DNA of 64,000 nucleotides, taken from contig NC_043002.1 in assembly GCF_006345805.1 (NCBI RefSeq), positions 118,420,001 through 118,484,000 on the forward strand, given 5' to 3'. Origin of the DNA: Octopus sinensis. Taxonomy: Eukaryota. Shown piece after piece: positions 36,715-49,393 of this stretch. The position numbers and the translations under genes were made by a program. Below the pieces are notes generated by a model. It was not told the origin of the DNA, ran no database searches, and was given only the letters and a program-made list of their open reading frames with translations. Positions within the stretch are counted from its first letter, which is position 1. Every line of letters starts with the position of its first letter.

Positions 36715-37910
36715 TCATCATCATCATCATCATCATCATTTAACGTCCGCTTTCCATGCTAGCATGGGTTGGACGGTTCAACTGGGGTCTGGGGAGCCCG
36801 AAGGCTGCACCAGGCCAGTCAGATCTGGCAGTGTTTCTACAGCTGGATGCCCTTCCTAACGCCAACCACTCCGAGAGTGTAGTGGGTGATTTTATGTGCC
36901 ACCGACACAGGTGCCAGACGAGGCTGGCGAACGGCCACGCTCGGATGGTGTTTTTTATGTGCCTCCGACACAGGTGCCAGGCGAGGCTGGCAGACGGCCA
37001 CGCTCGGATGGTGTTTTTATGTGCCACCGACACAGGTGCCAGATGAGGCTGGCAAACGGCCACGATCGGATGGTGTTTATTACGTGCCCACAGCACGGAG
37101 GCCAGTCGATGCGGTACTGGCTACGGCCACGTTCGGATGGTATTCTTGTGTGCCACCGGCACTGGTACCACAAAGATACAAATTCCATTGATGTTCATCT
37201 ATTTTGATTTGTTTTGATTTTCACTTGCCTCAACAGGTCTTCACAAATGTCGCAAGAAGGAAGGTATGCACAGGTGGACTGACTACGTCCCAGGTAGGGG
37301 CCACGGGTTATGGCCTGACTAGTCTTGCTGGGTCTTCGGATGGTGTTTTTATGTGCCACTGACATAGGTGCCAGATGAGGCTGGCGAACAGCCACGATCG
37401 GATGGTGTTTGTTACGTGCCCACAGCACGGAGGCCAGTCGGTGCGGTACTGGCTACAGCCACGTTCGGATGGTTTTCTTGTGTGCCACCGGCACTGGTAC
37501 CACAAAGATACAAATTCCATTAATGTTTATCTATTTTGATTTGTTTTGATTTGATTTGATTTGATTTGATTTGATTTTCACTTGCCTCAACAGGTCTTCA
37601 CAAGTGTCACAAGAAGGAAGGTATGCACAGGTGGACTGACTAAGTCCCAGGTAGGGGCCACAGGTTATGGCCTGACTAGTCTTGCCGGGTCTTCGGATGG
37701 TGTTTTTATGTGCCACCGACACAGGTGCCAGATGAGGCTGGCGAACGGCCACGATCGGATGGTGTTTGTTACGTGCCCACAGCACGGAGGCCAGTCAATG
37801 CGGTACTGGCTACGGCCACATTCGGATGGTTTTCTTGTGTGCCACCGGCACGTGCCCACAGCACGGAGGCCAGTCGGTGAGGTACTGGCTACGGCCATGT
37901 TCGGAATGTA
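36715..37910 (-). repeat. Tandemly amplified RTE 3'UTR (~63-bp modules inside ~332-357-bp units)
   Basis: Units start at 37005, 37337 and 37694; (CAT)n tail at 36715-36739; (GATTT)n expansion at 37535-37580. Confidence 0.85.
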
Positions 37911-38191
37911 TTATAGATATTCATAACTAGCGTCCTCTATTCCTGAATATTCCTATTCTGGCTAAGTGAACAGGATATACTTCAAGGAGGCCTAAGACAA
38001 AAACATATCTGTTCACTCAAACTTCTATTGCCTCTGTCAGTGATTCCTAACCATTTTGCGGGAAACCATGCACTTGTTACAGTTAACTTCTGGGTTTAAT
38101 TTATTGGTGCATCAACAAAACTGTGACTCTGGGGAAGAAGTACAGACGGAAGTGGTAATTTTTCACAATAAAACACGATGTAGACTGCGAT

Positions 38192-38450
38192 ATTTTCTTA
38201 TTCTCTTATATGTTTCAGTCCAGTGTAGCCATGATGGAGCACTGCCATTGTAATCATCTTTCCACTTTCCACCTTCTGGTGAAGGATGGAGTTCGATGCT
38301 ACTGCCCTCTTTTGAGTTTCTTGCTTTGATATTGGCTCATCCGGGATCTCGGCGAGCCAGAGGTCAAGTTCACATTTGAAAACGTCTACATTCACTCGAT
38401 GGAGGCTCCTCAGATGCTTCGGCAGACAGTTAAAACCAAGTTATTGCAGT
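38192..38450 (-). mobile_element. 3' end of an L2/CR1-like LINE
   Basis: FNCLPKHLRSLHRVNVDVFKCELDLWLAEIPDEP...RAVASNSILHQ, then a short 3'UTR. Confidence 0.7.
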
Positions 38451-38526
38451 ACATCGTCCTTGCTCGGCAAGGGCTGGTATAGCTCTTTATTACAGTATAC
38501 TCTATACTGGTACCAGTATATTAATT

Positions 38527-38839
38527 GTTGACTGCGGCCATGCTGGAGCACCGCCTTTAGTCGAGGAAATCGACCCCCAGGACTAGTACTTATTCTATCG
38601 GTCTCTTTTGCCGAACCGCTAAGTTGTGGGGACGTAAACACACCAGCATCGGTTGTCAAGCGATGTTGGGGGACAAACACATATATATATATACATATAT
38701 ACGACGGGCTTCTTTAAGTTTCCGTCTACCAAATCCACTCACAAGGCTTTGGTCGGCCCAAGGTGCCAAGCAGTGGGACTGAACCCGGAATCATGTGGCT
38801 GGTAAGCAAGCTACTTGCCACACAGCCACTCCTGCGCCT
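38527..38839 (-). mobile_element. SINE family A, nearly complete
   Basis: Head gcgcaggagtggctgtgtgg..., B-box ccgggttcagtcc, canonical body. Confidence 0.85.
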
Positions 38840-38879
38840 ATAGTTAAATAAAATAGAAAATAAAATCTTAAAAATATAC

Positions 38880-39016
38880 TCATCGGGCACCAAAAAGTTC
38901 TCGTCCTGGTCTGAGTTGTCGCAAGATTTCGAGTTGTCTCCCATATTTAATTCCTTTATTTCGGGAGGAAGTTGTTCTCGCTGCAGTTTTGTTATGGAAC
39001 CGACTGCAATGGACAT
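38880..39016 (-). CDS. Candidate first coding exon of an unidentified gene (MSIAVGSITKLQREQLPPEIKELNMGDNSKSCDNSDQDENFLVPDE)
   Basis: ATG at 39016, 45 codons plus 2 nt, donor gtatat at 38879; GC/CpG content above background; divergent from TM2D2. Confidence 0.6.
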
Positions 39017-39195
39017 GTGAGACAATTAATATCTATTGAGTAGGTAGAAAACTTCCCTGGGGGTCATTTCTCTGCGGCAATATTGTTGATTTGTAACGAT
39101 GGCTCTAAGTCCAGTGCGAGAAAGCAGCAAACACGGGTAAACGTTGAAAGGAATTAAGTATTTGGGTAAATATAAGTTGAGTCCCCTTCATTCTC
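39017..39195. promoter_or_regulatory. Putative bidirectional promoter/5'UTR region
   Basis: 179 bp of repeat-free sequence between two divergent ATGs. Confidence 0.5.
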
Positions 39196-39335
39196 ATGGC
39201 TGGGCATTATTGGATTGTTTTCCTACCGATACTTTCGGTTTTCATCGATGCTTTTAACATTGACAAAGAAAAATGTATGAATGAATCTTGTGGAGCGTAT
39301 AAACCATACAGTCCATTAATTCTTTGTTCCTATCT
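39196..39335 (+). CDS. TM2D2: TM2 domain protein 2, exon 1 (signal peptide; MAGHYWIVFLPILSVFIDAF...YKPYSPLILCSYL)
   Basis: ATG, hydrophobic leader, SPLILCSYL motif as recalled for TM2D2, donor gtgagt; not in the ORF track. Confidence 0.88.
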
Positions 39336-41484
39336 GTGAGTATAAACACTTCCTTGAAGGAAAATGTGCATTTTTTTCCCTCTTAATTTCGTTTTCATTT
39401 AAATCTTTTATTTAATCAGTTTCTGTACTCCAGTAATTCCGTTCCGGTTTAATAAAACATAATAAATATTAAGATTTCAAAATGTATAATGCTCGGTTAA
39501 GGGTCACCACAAGCTTCTGTGGTTTCTTGTATTTCTGTAAATCGGTCGCGACCCCAACTCACCGAAGCCGAGGGAAATTATATTTAATAATGATTAGACA
39601 ATTAAAAAGAAAACTGTATATATTCGGATGTGTGGTAATATAAACAATGCTGGCTGGTGACGATTCTTTTTTAAAGATCATTGTGAAGAATTCATGCGAA
39701 AGCAAAACATTAAAACCGACCTCAAATGAAACAAACAATCCATTGTCCTACATTTCATCTACAAAACAACTTGGTTAATCTGAACGAATCGAATAACTGT
39801 TTACCAATTGGTTATGGTTATTTCGCGGGTCTCATACTCTTTAATAAAAAAAAAAATCATCGAAAAAATAAATTCGTTCATAAAACACATCTACAGGGAA
39901 ATGACAACTTAAACATGACCACCAGGTCGAAAGCTGAAATTGAAAACTGTCGACCAAGAGTGGACTTGGAATACCTATTTCTTTATTACCCACAAGGGGC
40001 TTGATCATTTCCTATGAAGGTTGTCGCACCTACCATAAGTCAGCTAGTGTTGATTGTTTTAGCCATATTCACAAAGGCTTTTTGATACCTTTTTTGGCGA
40101 CACTTTTCCTTTTATGGAGATACATTAGGTTGTGATTTTGAACAAGGAAAATCTAAGAGCTATGGTTCAAAACCCAGCAGGGACCTCGCTACAATAGTCC
40201 TCTTGCAGTGATTTTGTTATGCTACAAACGAAATGAAAATAGGCAATAAAAAATTTTTTTTAGCAATTAAAACGAGCAATTACATTACAGAAAGCTTAAG
40301 TGCATAAAAGTTGGCAATATCCACAAAATTCCACAAAGTAGTCCAATATACTTATAGAATGTTGGACCACAAAAATTAGAATTTTACATACTAGTAATGT
40401 CTTTCTTTAGGAACAATATCTTTGTGTGCTGAGAATGTCTCTATGTATAGATGAATTTGATGTTGTGTGTGGAAATATTGTTGGCTGTATTTGCATTAGT
40501 GGAAGCTTTTTAAATTCAGTCAATAGGGTGAGACAAACTGTGAAGAGCAGGAATAAGCTGAGTGTCTGTGTTAAGCAGGCACAAAAGGTCATTGATGAAT
40601 AGTAGAAATATGTCACCAAATATGCTTTGTGGAAGCAGGCATAGAAACAAGATGGAATTCTAAAGTACTAACACAGATTTCCATGGTTGTAATAGTTTTT
40701 CACCCAAATCTTTCTCTATAGGAGTATTAGGATAAGGCATCGTCGTTGTCGTCATCATTTCTATGCTGGCATGGGTTGGACTGAGGACTGGCAAGCCAGA
40801 AGGCTGCACCAGGCTCTGATATGATCTGGCAAAGTTTCTACAGCAGGATGCCCTTCCTAACGCCAACCACTCCGAGAGTGTAGTGGGTGCTTTTTACGGT
40901 CCATCAGCATGAGGGCCAGTCTCATGGTACTGGCAATCACCATGTTCAAATGGTGTTTTTAACGAGCCATCGGCATGGAAGCCAGTCAGGCGGAACTGGC
41001 AAAGACCACGCTCAAATGGGGATTTTTATGTGCCACAGGCATGGGTACCAGTCAGGTGGAGCAATAATTTGAACCCTTAATATAATGAATGTACACAGTA
41101 GACTATCCTACAAAATCACGGCACCTAATTTCCTTTGCAGAATGGTTATCTTATGAAGAACATAAGTTAATGTCTAATGTGATACGAGTCAGTTTCAAAT
41201 GCTTCAAGGACAAACAAAACAAAAAAACCCTAAAGATTGCCAGGAATGCTGAGTAAATTGTAAAAATCCCACCAATTTATTTGTCAGAAGCATCCCCCAA
41301 TGGAGAAAGGGGATGCATCTGATATCAGTAAGTTAAGAAAGTAGCCTTGCATAATTTTGACATGCTAAAAATAGCAGCCAATGTATCCCCATACCCAGTT
41401 TTTTATAAGGTAAAGCCCTAAATTATTAATTGACACATTATTAATTATCTTATAACAGCAATGCCTCGAAAAATCATGGATTAA

Positions 41485-41990
41485 ATGGAAAAATGTGAGC
41501 ATGAAAAGTAATACTCTTAAGATTATAAACCTAGAAAAGTACAGGACAAGTTATTACACCTGTAAAAGTATAGGACAAACTATTACTTCAAGTAAAGTAA
41601 AGAATAAGAAACTTTTTGCTTAAAACATTGCAGCTAAAATTAAAATTTGAATATTAAAACTTATTTTATTATAGTTTACAAATAACACTATACTTATTTA
41701 AATAGAATTTGGCTAATTTACTGCCTACAGAAAAAAGTAGCTAATTAGACAAACTTACAAATTAACTGAACAGTTTTGTACAATAAATTTAAAAGATGAG
41801 AACTGTAAAGTGTGATAAATTAGAAGAACTGGCATTCTTTGTTGCAATATTTTAAGTAAAAAGTTTCTTATTCTTTACTTTACTTGAAGTAATAGTTTGT
41901 CCTATACTTTTACAGGTGTAATAACTTGTCCTGGACTTTTCCAGGTTTATAATCTTAAGAATATTACTTTCCATGCTCACATTTTTCCAT
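41485..41990. repeat. Long inverted repeat (148-bp arms, ~210-bp spacer)
   Basis: 41485-41632 is the reverse complement of 41843-41990 with few mismatches. Confidence 0.85.
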
Positions 41991-42585
41991 GTAATAATTA
42001 ATGTGCATTACTTGACACTACAAGGTTGGCGTCATTTATTGAGTAAAATGTAAGAAAAGAAAAGTGAAAGTAGAAGAGAGCCAACTTGTTAAGACAAGTG
42101 GTGTTGATTCCTCTACACCTCTGAGTGGCTCTCAGGCTTGAGGTTGAATTTGTCAGTTTTTATAGTCGCAAACTGCCTTTCTAGAATTTTTAGCAAAACT
42201 GTTTAGTGGGAAAACTCATACACTTTATATGAAGGTTGCTGCATCTACCACAATATGTCAGCCAGTGCTGATTGGTCAAGTCATATTCATGTACGTTTTA
42301 ATCTCTATGGTGACATTTTGCCTTTTATAATAATGCATTTGGCTGTGGTTCTGAACTGGGAAAATTTAAGAGCTAATGGTTTAAAACTCAGCAGAGTTCT
42401 TGCTGTACACTTATGCATAGACTGTATGCAACCTACATTAACCTTGTAGCCTGAGTAATAAAAGCACCATTAATTTGTATAGGCATACATATCTACAGTC
42501 ATATATATATATATTATAAATATATAATGCAATATTAGCATCAAGCAGTGTAGAGAAAACATTTCTCTTATTCTTTTATTCTTAA

Positions 42586-43225
42586 AGGTGTGAAAACATC
42601 TTGTTTGTTCAGTGTCGCCATCTATCAGGAATCCCAAACATTGATGTTTTGAGCTTCTTGGCTCTTGTCAATGGGATGTACCTAAGACGGGCAACTCTGA
42701 ACAAACTTATAAAGCAATAGCTTTATATAAGGTACATCCTATTGACAAGAGCCAAGAAGCTTGAAACATCGATGTCTGGGATTCCTGATGGATGGCGTCA
42801 CTGAACAATCAGGGTATTTACATGCCTTTTTCCTGTAAGAGAAATATTTTCTCTATGGTAACTGCAGTGAATTTGCCTTTTAGCAGTTGAAATATGTCAC
42901 AAATGTATTTTAACTAACCTAAATTTTGCTTATACCTAAACACTGCTTGGTGCTAACATTTCATTATTTTCTACAATCGGGCAATCTACCAGTCAACGTT
43001 GATTGTATTTTACATAAAGCTATTGCTTTATAAGTTTATAAGTTGCCTCCCTTAGGTACATCCCATTGACAAGAGCCAAGAAGCTTGAAACATTGATGTC
43101 TGAAATTCCTGATGGATGGCAACACTGAACAAAGTGTTTTCACACCTTTTTACGATAAGAGAAATATTTTCTCTACAGTAACTGCAGTGAATTTGCCTTT
43201 TAACAGTTGAAATATGTCACAAACA
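42586..43225. repeat. Triplicated ~100-170-bp segment in inverted and direct orientation
   Basis: gtacatccYattgacaagagccaagaagcttgaaacat at 42731 and 43056 (+), and its inverse at about 42605-42686. Confidence 0.8.
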
Positions 43226-43244
43226 TATTTTAACTTATGTCATC

Positions 43245-44270
43245 ATCATTATCATCTTTTAGTGTCCATTGTCCATACTGACATGGGTTGGATGGCTTCA
43301 TCAGGGCTGGCAAGCTGGAAGGCTGCACCAGACCCCAGTCTGACTTGGTTTGGTTTCCTTGGTGGGATACCCTTTCTAACACCAACCACTCTGAGAGTTT
43401 AATGGGTACTATTGTCACCGCCACAGGTGCCATTTATGTGACACCAGTATCTGTCAGGACTGCGATTTTACTTGACTTGATGGGTCTTCTCAAGCAAGAC
43501 ATAATGCCAAAGGTCTTGGTCATTGCCTCCATGAGGCCCAACACTTGAAAGGAGCTTTTCACATGTCACTAGCATCGGTCACTTGAGGCTCATCGCTTGA
43601 AAGCTGCTTTTAACATGTCACTGGCATGGGTGCCCATTGCATGATACCAGCATCAGCCATGACTATGATTTCACTTGGCTTGAAGGGTCTTCTCTAGCAC
43701 ATCATATTGCCAAAGGTGTTGGTCACTAGTCATTGCTTTTGTGAGGCCCAAAGTTCAAAGATCATGCTCACCATCTCAACCCATGTCTTCCTGAGTCTAC
43801 CTTTACCACAGTTAGAGATCAGCACTTTACACAGCTGTCCTCATCAATATGCATCACATGACTATACCAGCACAGTTGTCTCTTTTTCACACCACATCTG
43901 ATGCCTCTTATGCCCAACTTTTCTTTCAAGATGCTCACACTCTGTCAAATATGCACACTGACATTGCACATCCAGTGAAGCATACTGGCTTCATTTCTTT
44001 CAAGCCTACGCATGTCCTCGGCTGTCACAGCTCATGTTTCATCGCCCTGTAGCATAACTGTTTGCACACAGGCATCATGCAATCTGCTTTTCACTCTGAG
44101 GGAGAGGCCCTTTGTTGCCAGTAGAGGTAGGAGCTCTCTAAACTTTGCCTACTCTTATTCTCACAGCTGTGCTCTTGGAGCATCCACTTCCTCTACTAAT
44201 TTGGTCACCCAGATAACGGAAGTTATCTACTACCTCTAGCTTACCCCACTGGCAGTTGATGGAGTCTATT
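43245..44270 (-). mobile_element. Decayed RTE 3' portion
   Basis: Tail, 3'UTR and RT C-terminus (VVDNFRYLGDQIS...; LPLLATKGLSLRVK). Confidence 0.75.
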
Positions 44271-45720
44271 TTCCTAAATATATATATGTCATCATCTTCA
44301 TCCTTTAACGTCCATTTTCCATGCTGGCATAGGTTGGCAGTTTGACCAGAGCTGGCAAGTAGGTGAACTGCACCAGGTTCCAGTATGATTTGGTTTGGCT
44401 CCTGTGGCTGGATGCCCTTCATAGCACCAACCAATTTACAGTGTGTGCTGGGTACTTTTAATGCACATGAAGAAGGAAGATATGGAAACAAACCTTTCAG
44501 TTGGGAATAGATTTTTAGAGAAATTCTAATTGACTCATATTAGTGTAGGGAGAAATATTTGGGGACCTGTAGCGTAGGTGACAACTGAGAACTTCTATGA
44601 CAGAACCTGCTTAGGGCTACAGATCAGACATGTTCCTGGAGCAGAGTCCCTACTAAGCTGAAAATGACATGATAGTGGAATGATACAGTTAATAGAGCAG
44701 TAATGGCTAAAAGACAGGCCTGGAAAAGGTGAACGGGAGGTGGTTGTAGGGAGTATTGCCAAAAGGCTAGAAGGGCAGCTATGCAACTGATATACTTGAC
44801 TAAATGTGAGGCAGAAATGAAGAGGTTTGCATGTTCCTTGCTGCCTAAGGACCAAATGCATGAAGTGACAAAAGTGTAAGATAACGTATGAGAGAGAACT
44901 GAAGTATCATTGGTGAGAAGTGATTCGGGATGATTAAGGCATACTTGCTATTGGTATGGAAGACAAGAAAGTTGCGTGAAAGTGCTATCATGAAACAGGT
45001 TTAGGTAGCACTGTGTATATATATCATAATCCTCCTCCTCCTCCTCCTCCTCCTTATCATCATCATTATTTAATGTCCATTTTCCATGCTGGCAAGGTTG
45101 GATGGTTTGACAGGAGCTGACCATCTGAAGGGCTGCTCAGGCCCCCGCTCTATGTTGGCGTAGTTTCTATAGATGAATGTCCTTCCTAACACTAACCACT
45201 CTACAGAGTGTACAGGGTGCATTTATGCTGCACCAGCAAGTGGTTTTTACATGGCATCTGCACTTATGAGCCCATGAGATTAGGGATGTTCAGCAGCAGA
45301 GGGTTGCAGGGGAAAAGCCCGTATACAAGGACAACCACACTTTTATTTAGCTTGGCCCTTTGCCCGATTTCCTTCCTTTCCAAGACACTCCCACCACCCA
45401 CACCTTTCCAAACTGCAGCTTTTCCTTGATACACATCTATTTTCAATCTATTTTTTTTTCGCTGTAGCTTATGATAACAGTCTCAGGTTTCTCTATTTTT
45501 TCTCAGCTGACACACTTGCTTTCTTGTCATTCAAAATATGTAATTTTATTTGAGTTTGTTCTTACAAGTAGCGAGTGTAAAAATAAAAAACATTCATAAT
45601 TATCTCTTTTTTTTTTTTAATATTACATTGTTGTTTATCATAATTTAGCCTAGCATGGATTTCTAATTGTTTTAATTGTTATAATTGTCATTTCAAAATA
45701 TATATTTCATTTGCTTGTAG

Positions 45721-45808
45721 ACCAATGGAATTTCTGAATTGTAGTCCACCTCAAGATCTTGAAGAAAATGAAACTGCTCGTGAAATGTTGGGTTATGGTT
45801 GTACGAAA
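45721..45808 (+). CDS. TM2D2: TM2D2 exon 2 (PMEFLNCSPPQDLEENETAREMLGYGCTK)
   Basis: Acceptor ttgtag, donor gtaaga, phase-correct, LGYGC motif. Confidence 0.9.
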
Positions 45809-46589
45809 GTAAGAAGCTGATCACTTCCCTTGATATTCTTTTTAATAAAATTTACTAAATTTGATGTAGAAAAAATAATACAATTTAACATTTTCCCTTC
45901 TGTACCTTAATGAATTTTCATTGTTACCTGATTGCATGCACAGTCTTATATAAGTGATTCTTGTCATCCACTCTTCTTTAATGTTTGCATCTGAACATTT
46001 TTCACATGTAACATAAACTTTTATGTGGTATGTGAACAAAACCTCAATAACATCCTTGTCTCATTCAACGGCATTAAGACATATACACTACATGTACCAG
46101 GAAAACAACCAGAACATGTTGCTTTTCATTAAGAGCACTCATTGACCTTTAGTAACATCATGAATTAAAAAAAATATCAAAATCACACTTTAGTCTTTAT
46201 CTGGAACTGATGAATGAATTGAGAAGAATATTATGAAATATTTTGTGAAGTAATTGATTTTATAGGAAATGCACAAAATATTGGAGAGGAGAATAAAGCT
46301 TAAAATTAGGACCTAATTGTATTTCAGATGAGTGGTAAGAAGTTTTCTTCCCAACCATATGGTTCTGGGTTCAGTCCCACTGTGTGGCACCTTGAGCAAG
46401 TGGCTCCTGGCCAATCAAAGCCTCTCAACATATGGCCACCATGCTTCCTCACTACTCCTGCTTATGATCAGAGATGCACATAGTCAGTCACTGAGGGACA
46501 GCAAATAAGTGTTATTGAGCAGAATATTTGCTGTAGCCCATCTTTTTACACCAAGACAAAACATGTATATGATAACACTTTCCATCAGT

Positions 46590-47404
46590 TAAGATCAGGA
46601 TTTTCTGCACAATGAACTTGACATGATGAGAATTTCTGCTCGGTGGGTGCCACATCTTCTGACATCTGATTAAAAGCCCACCAAGCTGACCACATCACAA
46701 GAAAATATCACATTGTTTGTTTGAGGCAGATCCAGTTAGTTTCCTTGAATGCTTTCTAAGTGTTGTGTCCATCATTTTGAGCCAGAGACAAAGAGGCAAC
46801 CCATACAGTGGAAACACCACTCCTCACCTGTTCCAGAGAAGACCAAGGTCGTTTCATCTGCAGAGAAAGTGATAGCCTCAGTTTTTTGGAATGCAAAATA
46901 CATTGTCTTCATTGACTATCTTCAAAAAGGCCACACCACCAATGGAGAGTATTATGCCAAATTGTTGAGGTAGTTAGAAAAGGTTATCAAGACCAAGCGC
47001 TCAGGAAAACAGACAAAAGTGGTCTTGTTTCATCAGGACAATGCTCCAGTATACAAGTCCTTAGTTTCAGTGGCTGTTGTGCATGACTGTGGCTTTGAAC
47101 TAGTTGATTACTCTCCTTGTTCTCTTGATTCCTGATTTGGCCCCATCTGACTGTCATTTGTTTCCCAACATGAAAAAATACTTGACTGGGAACCAGCATT
47201 GCAATGATGATGATGTCATATCTGCTGTTGATAGCTTTTTTGACCAAGGTGAAAGCTTCTTCACCAATCAGATTGAAGCACTGCAACACTGATGGAAGAA
47301 ATGTATGGACTGCAAGGTGGGGACTATTTTGCAAACTAAACCTTATTTGGTCACATTCCATGAGAGTGTCTTTGTCAGCCAATGAACTTTTTAGCTGACC
47401 CTTG
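46590..47404 (+). mobile_element. 5'-truncated mariner remnant in TM2D2 intron 2
   Basis: ISARWVPHLL, FHQDNAP and PDLAPSDCHLFP motifs; terminal aactttttagctgacccttg|ta. Confidence 0.8.
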
Positions 47405-47480
47405 TATGATTAGAATATATTATTTTCCCATCTATTAATGCAGGAGTTTAAGAGCATTTTTATTTTTGATTCATATTTAG

Positions 47481-47596
47481 TGGGGCGGACGTCGTTATGA
47501 AGATGTTCAAAAGACTCATGTATGGTGTACTGCCTTAGAAGGTATTGAGTGTTTTGGTAACAGAAAATTCCTGAAGGGTGGCTTCCCATGTATCAA
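47481..47596 (+). CDS. TM2D2: TM2D2 exon 3 ([39 protein letters not shown])
   Basis: Acceptor atttag, donor gtaagt; C..L.GIEC...R.F....PCIK pattern. Confidence 0.92.
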
Positions 47597-47784
47597 GTAA
47601 GTGATTATTGTTTTTTTTTATTATGAAAATATACTAATGTCTTTTGTTTGGTAAGTTATCTGATCTGAGTTAGTTTGTTGAAATCAAAACCATTGCATAA
47701 GAGTAGTTACATTTAGGACATGAACAGCATCAATAAAATGCAGTGTTTTAAAGCATTGCAATTGTAACATGTTTTAATAGAATA

Positions 47785-48525
47785 TCATCATCATCATCAT
47801 CATCGTTTAACGTCCGTTCTCCATGCTAGCATGGGTTGGACGGTTCGACCGGGGATCTGGGAAGCCAGAAGGCTGCACCAGGCTCCAGTCTTATCTGGCA
47901 ATGTTTCTACAGCTGGATGCCCTTCCTAATGCCAACCACTCCGTGAGTGTAGTGGGTGCCTTTTACGTGCCACCTGCACAGGTGCCAGGCGAGGCTGGTG
48001 CTTCAACAGGTCTTTGTGTCCAAGGGAGGAAAGGCATGCATAAGTGGGCTGGGCTCACTTGTCCTGCCTGGTCTTCTCACGTACAGCATATTTCCAAAGG
48101 TCTCGGTCGCTGGTCATTTCCTCAGTGAGGCCTAAAGTTTGAAGGTCGTGCTTCACCACCTCGTCCCAGGTCTTCCTGGGTCTACCTCTTCCACGGGTTC
48201 CCTCAACTGCTAGGGATTGGCACTTTCTCACACACCTATCTTCATCCATTCTCGCCACATGACCATACCAGCGCAATCGTCTCTCTTGCACACCACAACT
48301 GATGCTTCTTAGGTACAACATTTCTCTCAAGGTACTAACGCTCTGTCGAGTAAGTACACTGACATTACACATCCATCGGAGCATACTGGCTTCATTCCTT
48401 GCGAGCTTACGCATGTACTCAGCAGTCATGGCCCATGTTTCACTGCCATGTAGCATGGCTGTTCGTACACATGCATCATACAGTCTGCCTTTTACTCTGA
48501 GCAAGAGGCCTTTAGTCACCAGCAG
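47785..48525 (-). mobile_element. 5'-truncated RTE with 3'UTR deletion
   Basis: ORF 48055-48519 is the RT C-terminus; (CAT)n tail. Confidence 0.88.
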
Positions 48526-48754
48526 GTAAGAGAAAATAGATTAGCTATCTATTTAGAAGAATGTAAGCATTTTCTATTTTGAAGTTCAGCATTTTTTCTT
48601 TGAATCATATGGTCTGTTTTATGTTGCATTGACATAGAATAAGTACATAGAATATAGGAACTTGTAATTTGCATAAAGTATTGCCATATAAGGAGAATTG
48701 TATAAGAAAGTAATGAAAGTCTCTTAACTGTAAAATGTGGAGAAAAACAACTTT

Positions 48755-49351
48755 ATTTTCAGCACGACTGTGTATTAAGAAGTTTGCTTCCCAACTACAT
48801 GGTTTTAGGTTCAGTCCCACTGTCTGGCACCTTGGACAAGTGTCTTTTACTATGGACTTGGGCCAATCACAGTTTAGAATGATGAATGTGCCTCAGCAAG
48901 TAGTGATAAAAATGTATGTCTAGAAATGAAAGCTTTTGGCTTCTTGTGCTGGTGAGCACCACCTTGAAGGATTTTTTTAGTCAAACAAATTGACCCCAGG
49001 ACTTACTTTTTAAGCCTAGTACTAATTCTATCGGTCTTTTTTGCTGAACTGCCAAGCTACAGGGATTTAAACACTCCAACACCAGTTGTGAAGCAGTGAG
49101 TGGGGTGGGTGTGTGACAGCAAACACACACACAAAAACACACACACAAACATATATACATACATGTATATATATATATAGGTGCAGGCTTAGCAGTGTGG
49201 TAGGAAGCTTGCTTCACCATCACATGATTCCGGGTTCAGTCCCACTGTGTGGCACCTTCGGCAAGTGTCTTCTGCTATAGCCTTGGACTGACCAAAGCCT
49301 GAGTGGATTTGGTAGATGGAAACTGAAAGAAACCTGTCATACATACATATA

Positions 49352-49393
<42 letters not shown>

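Noticed and set aside
36880-37910. Regularly spaced repeats resembling a CRISPR array
   Set aside because: Eukaryotic context, no unique spacers and no cas genes; the units are RTE 3'UTR modules.
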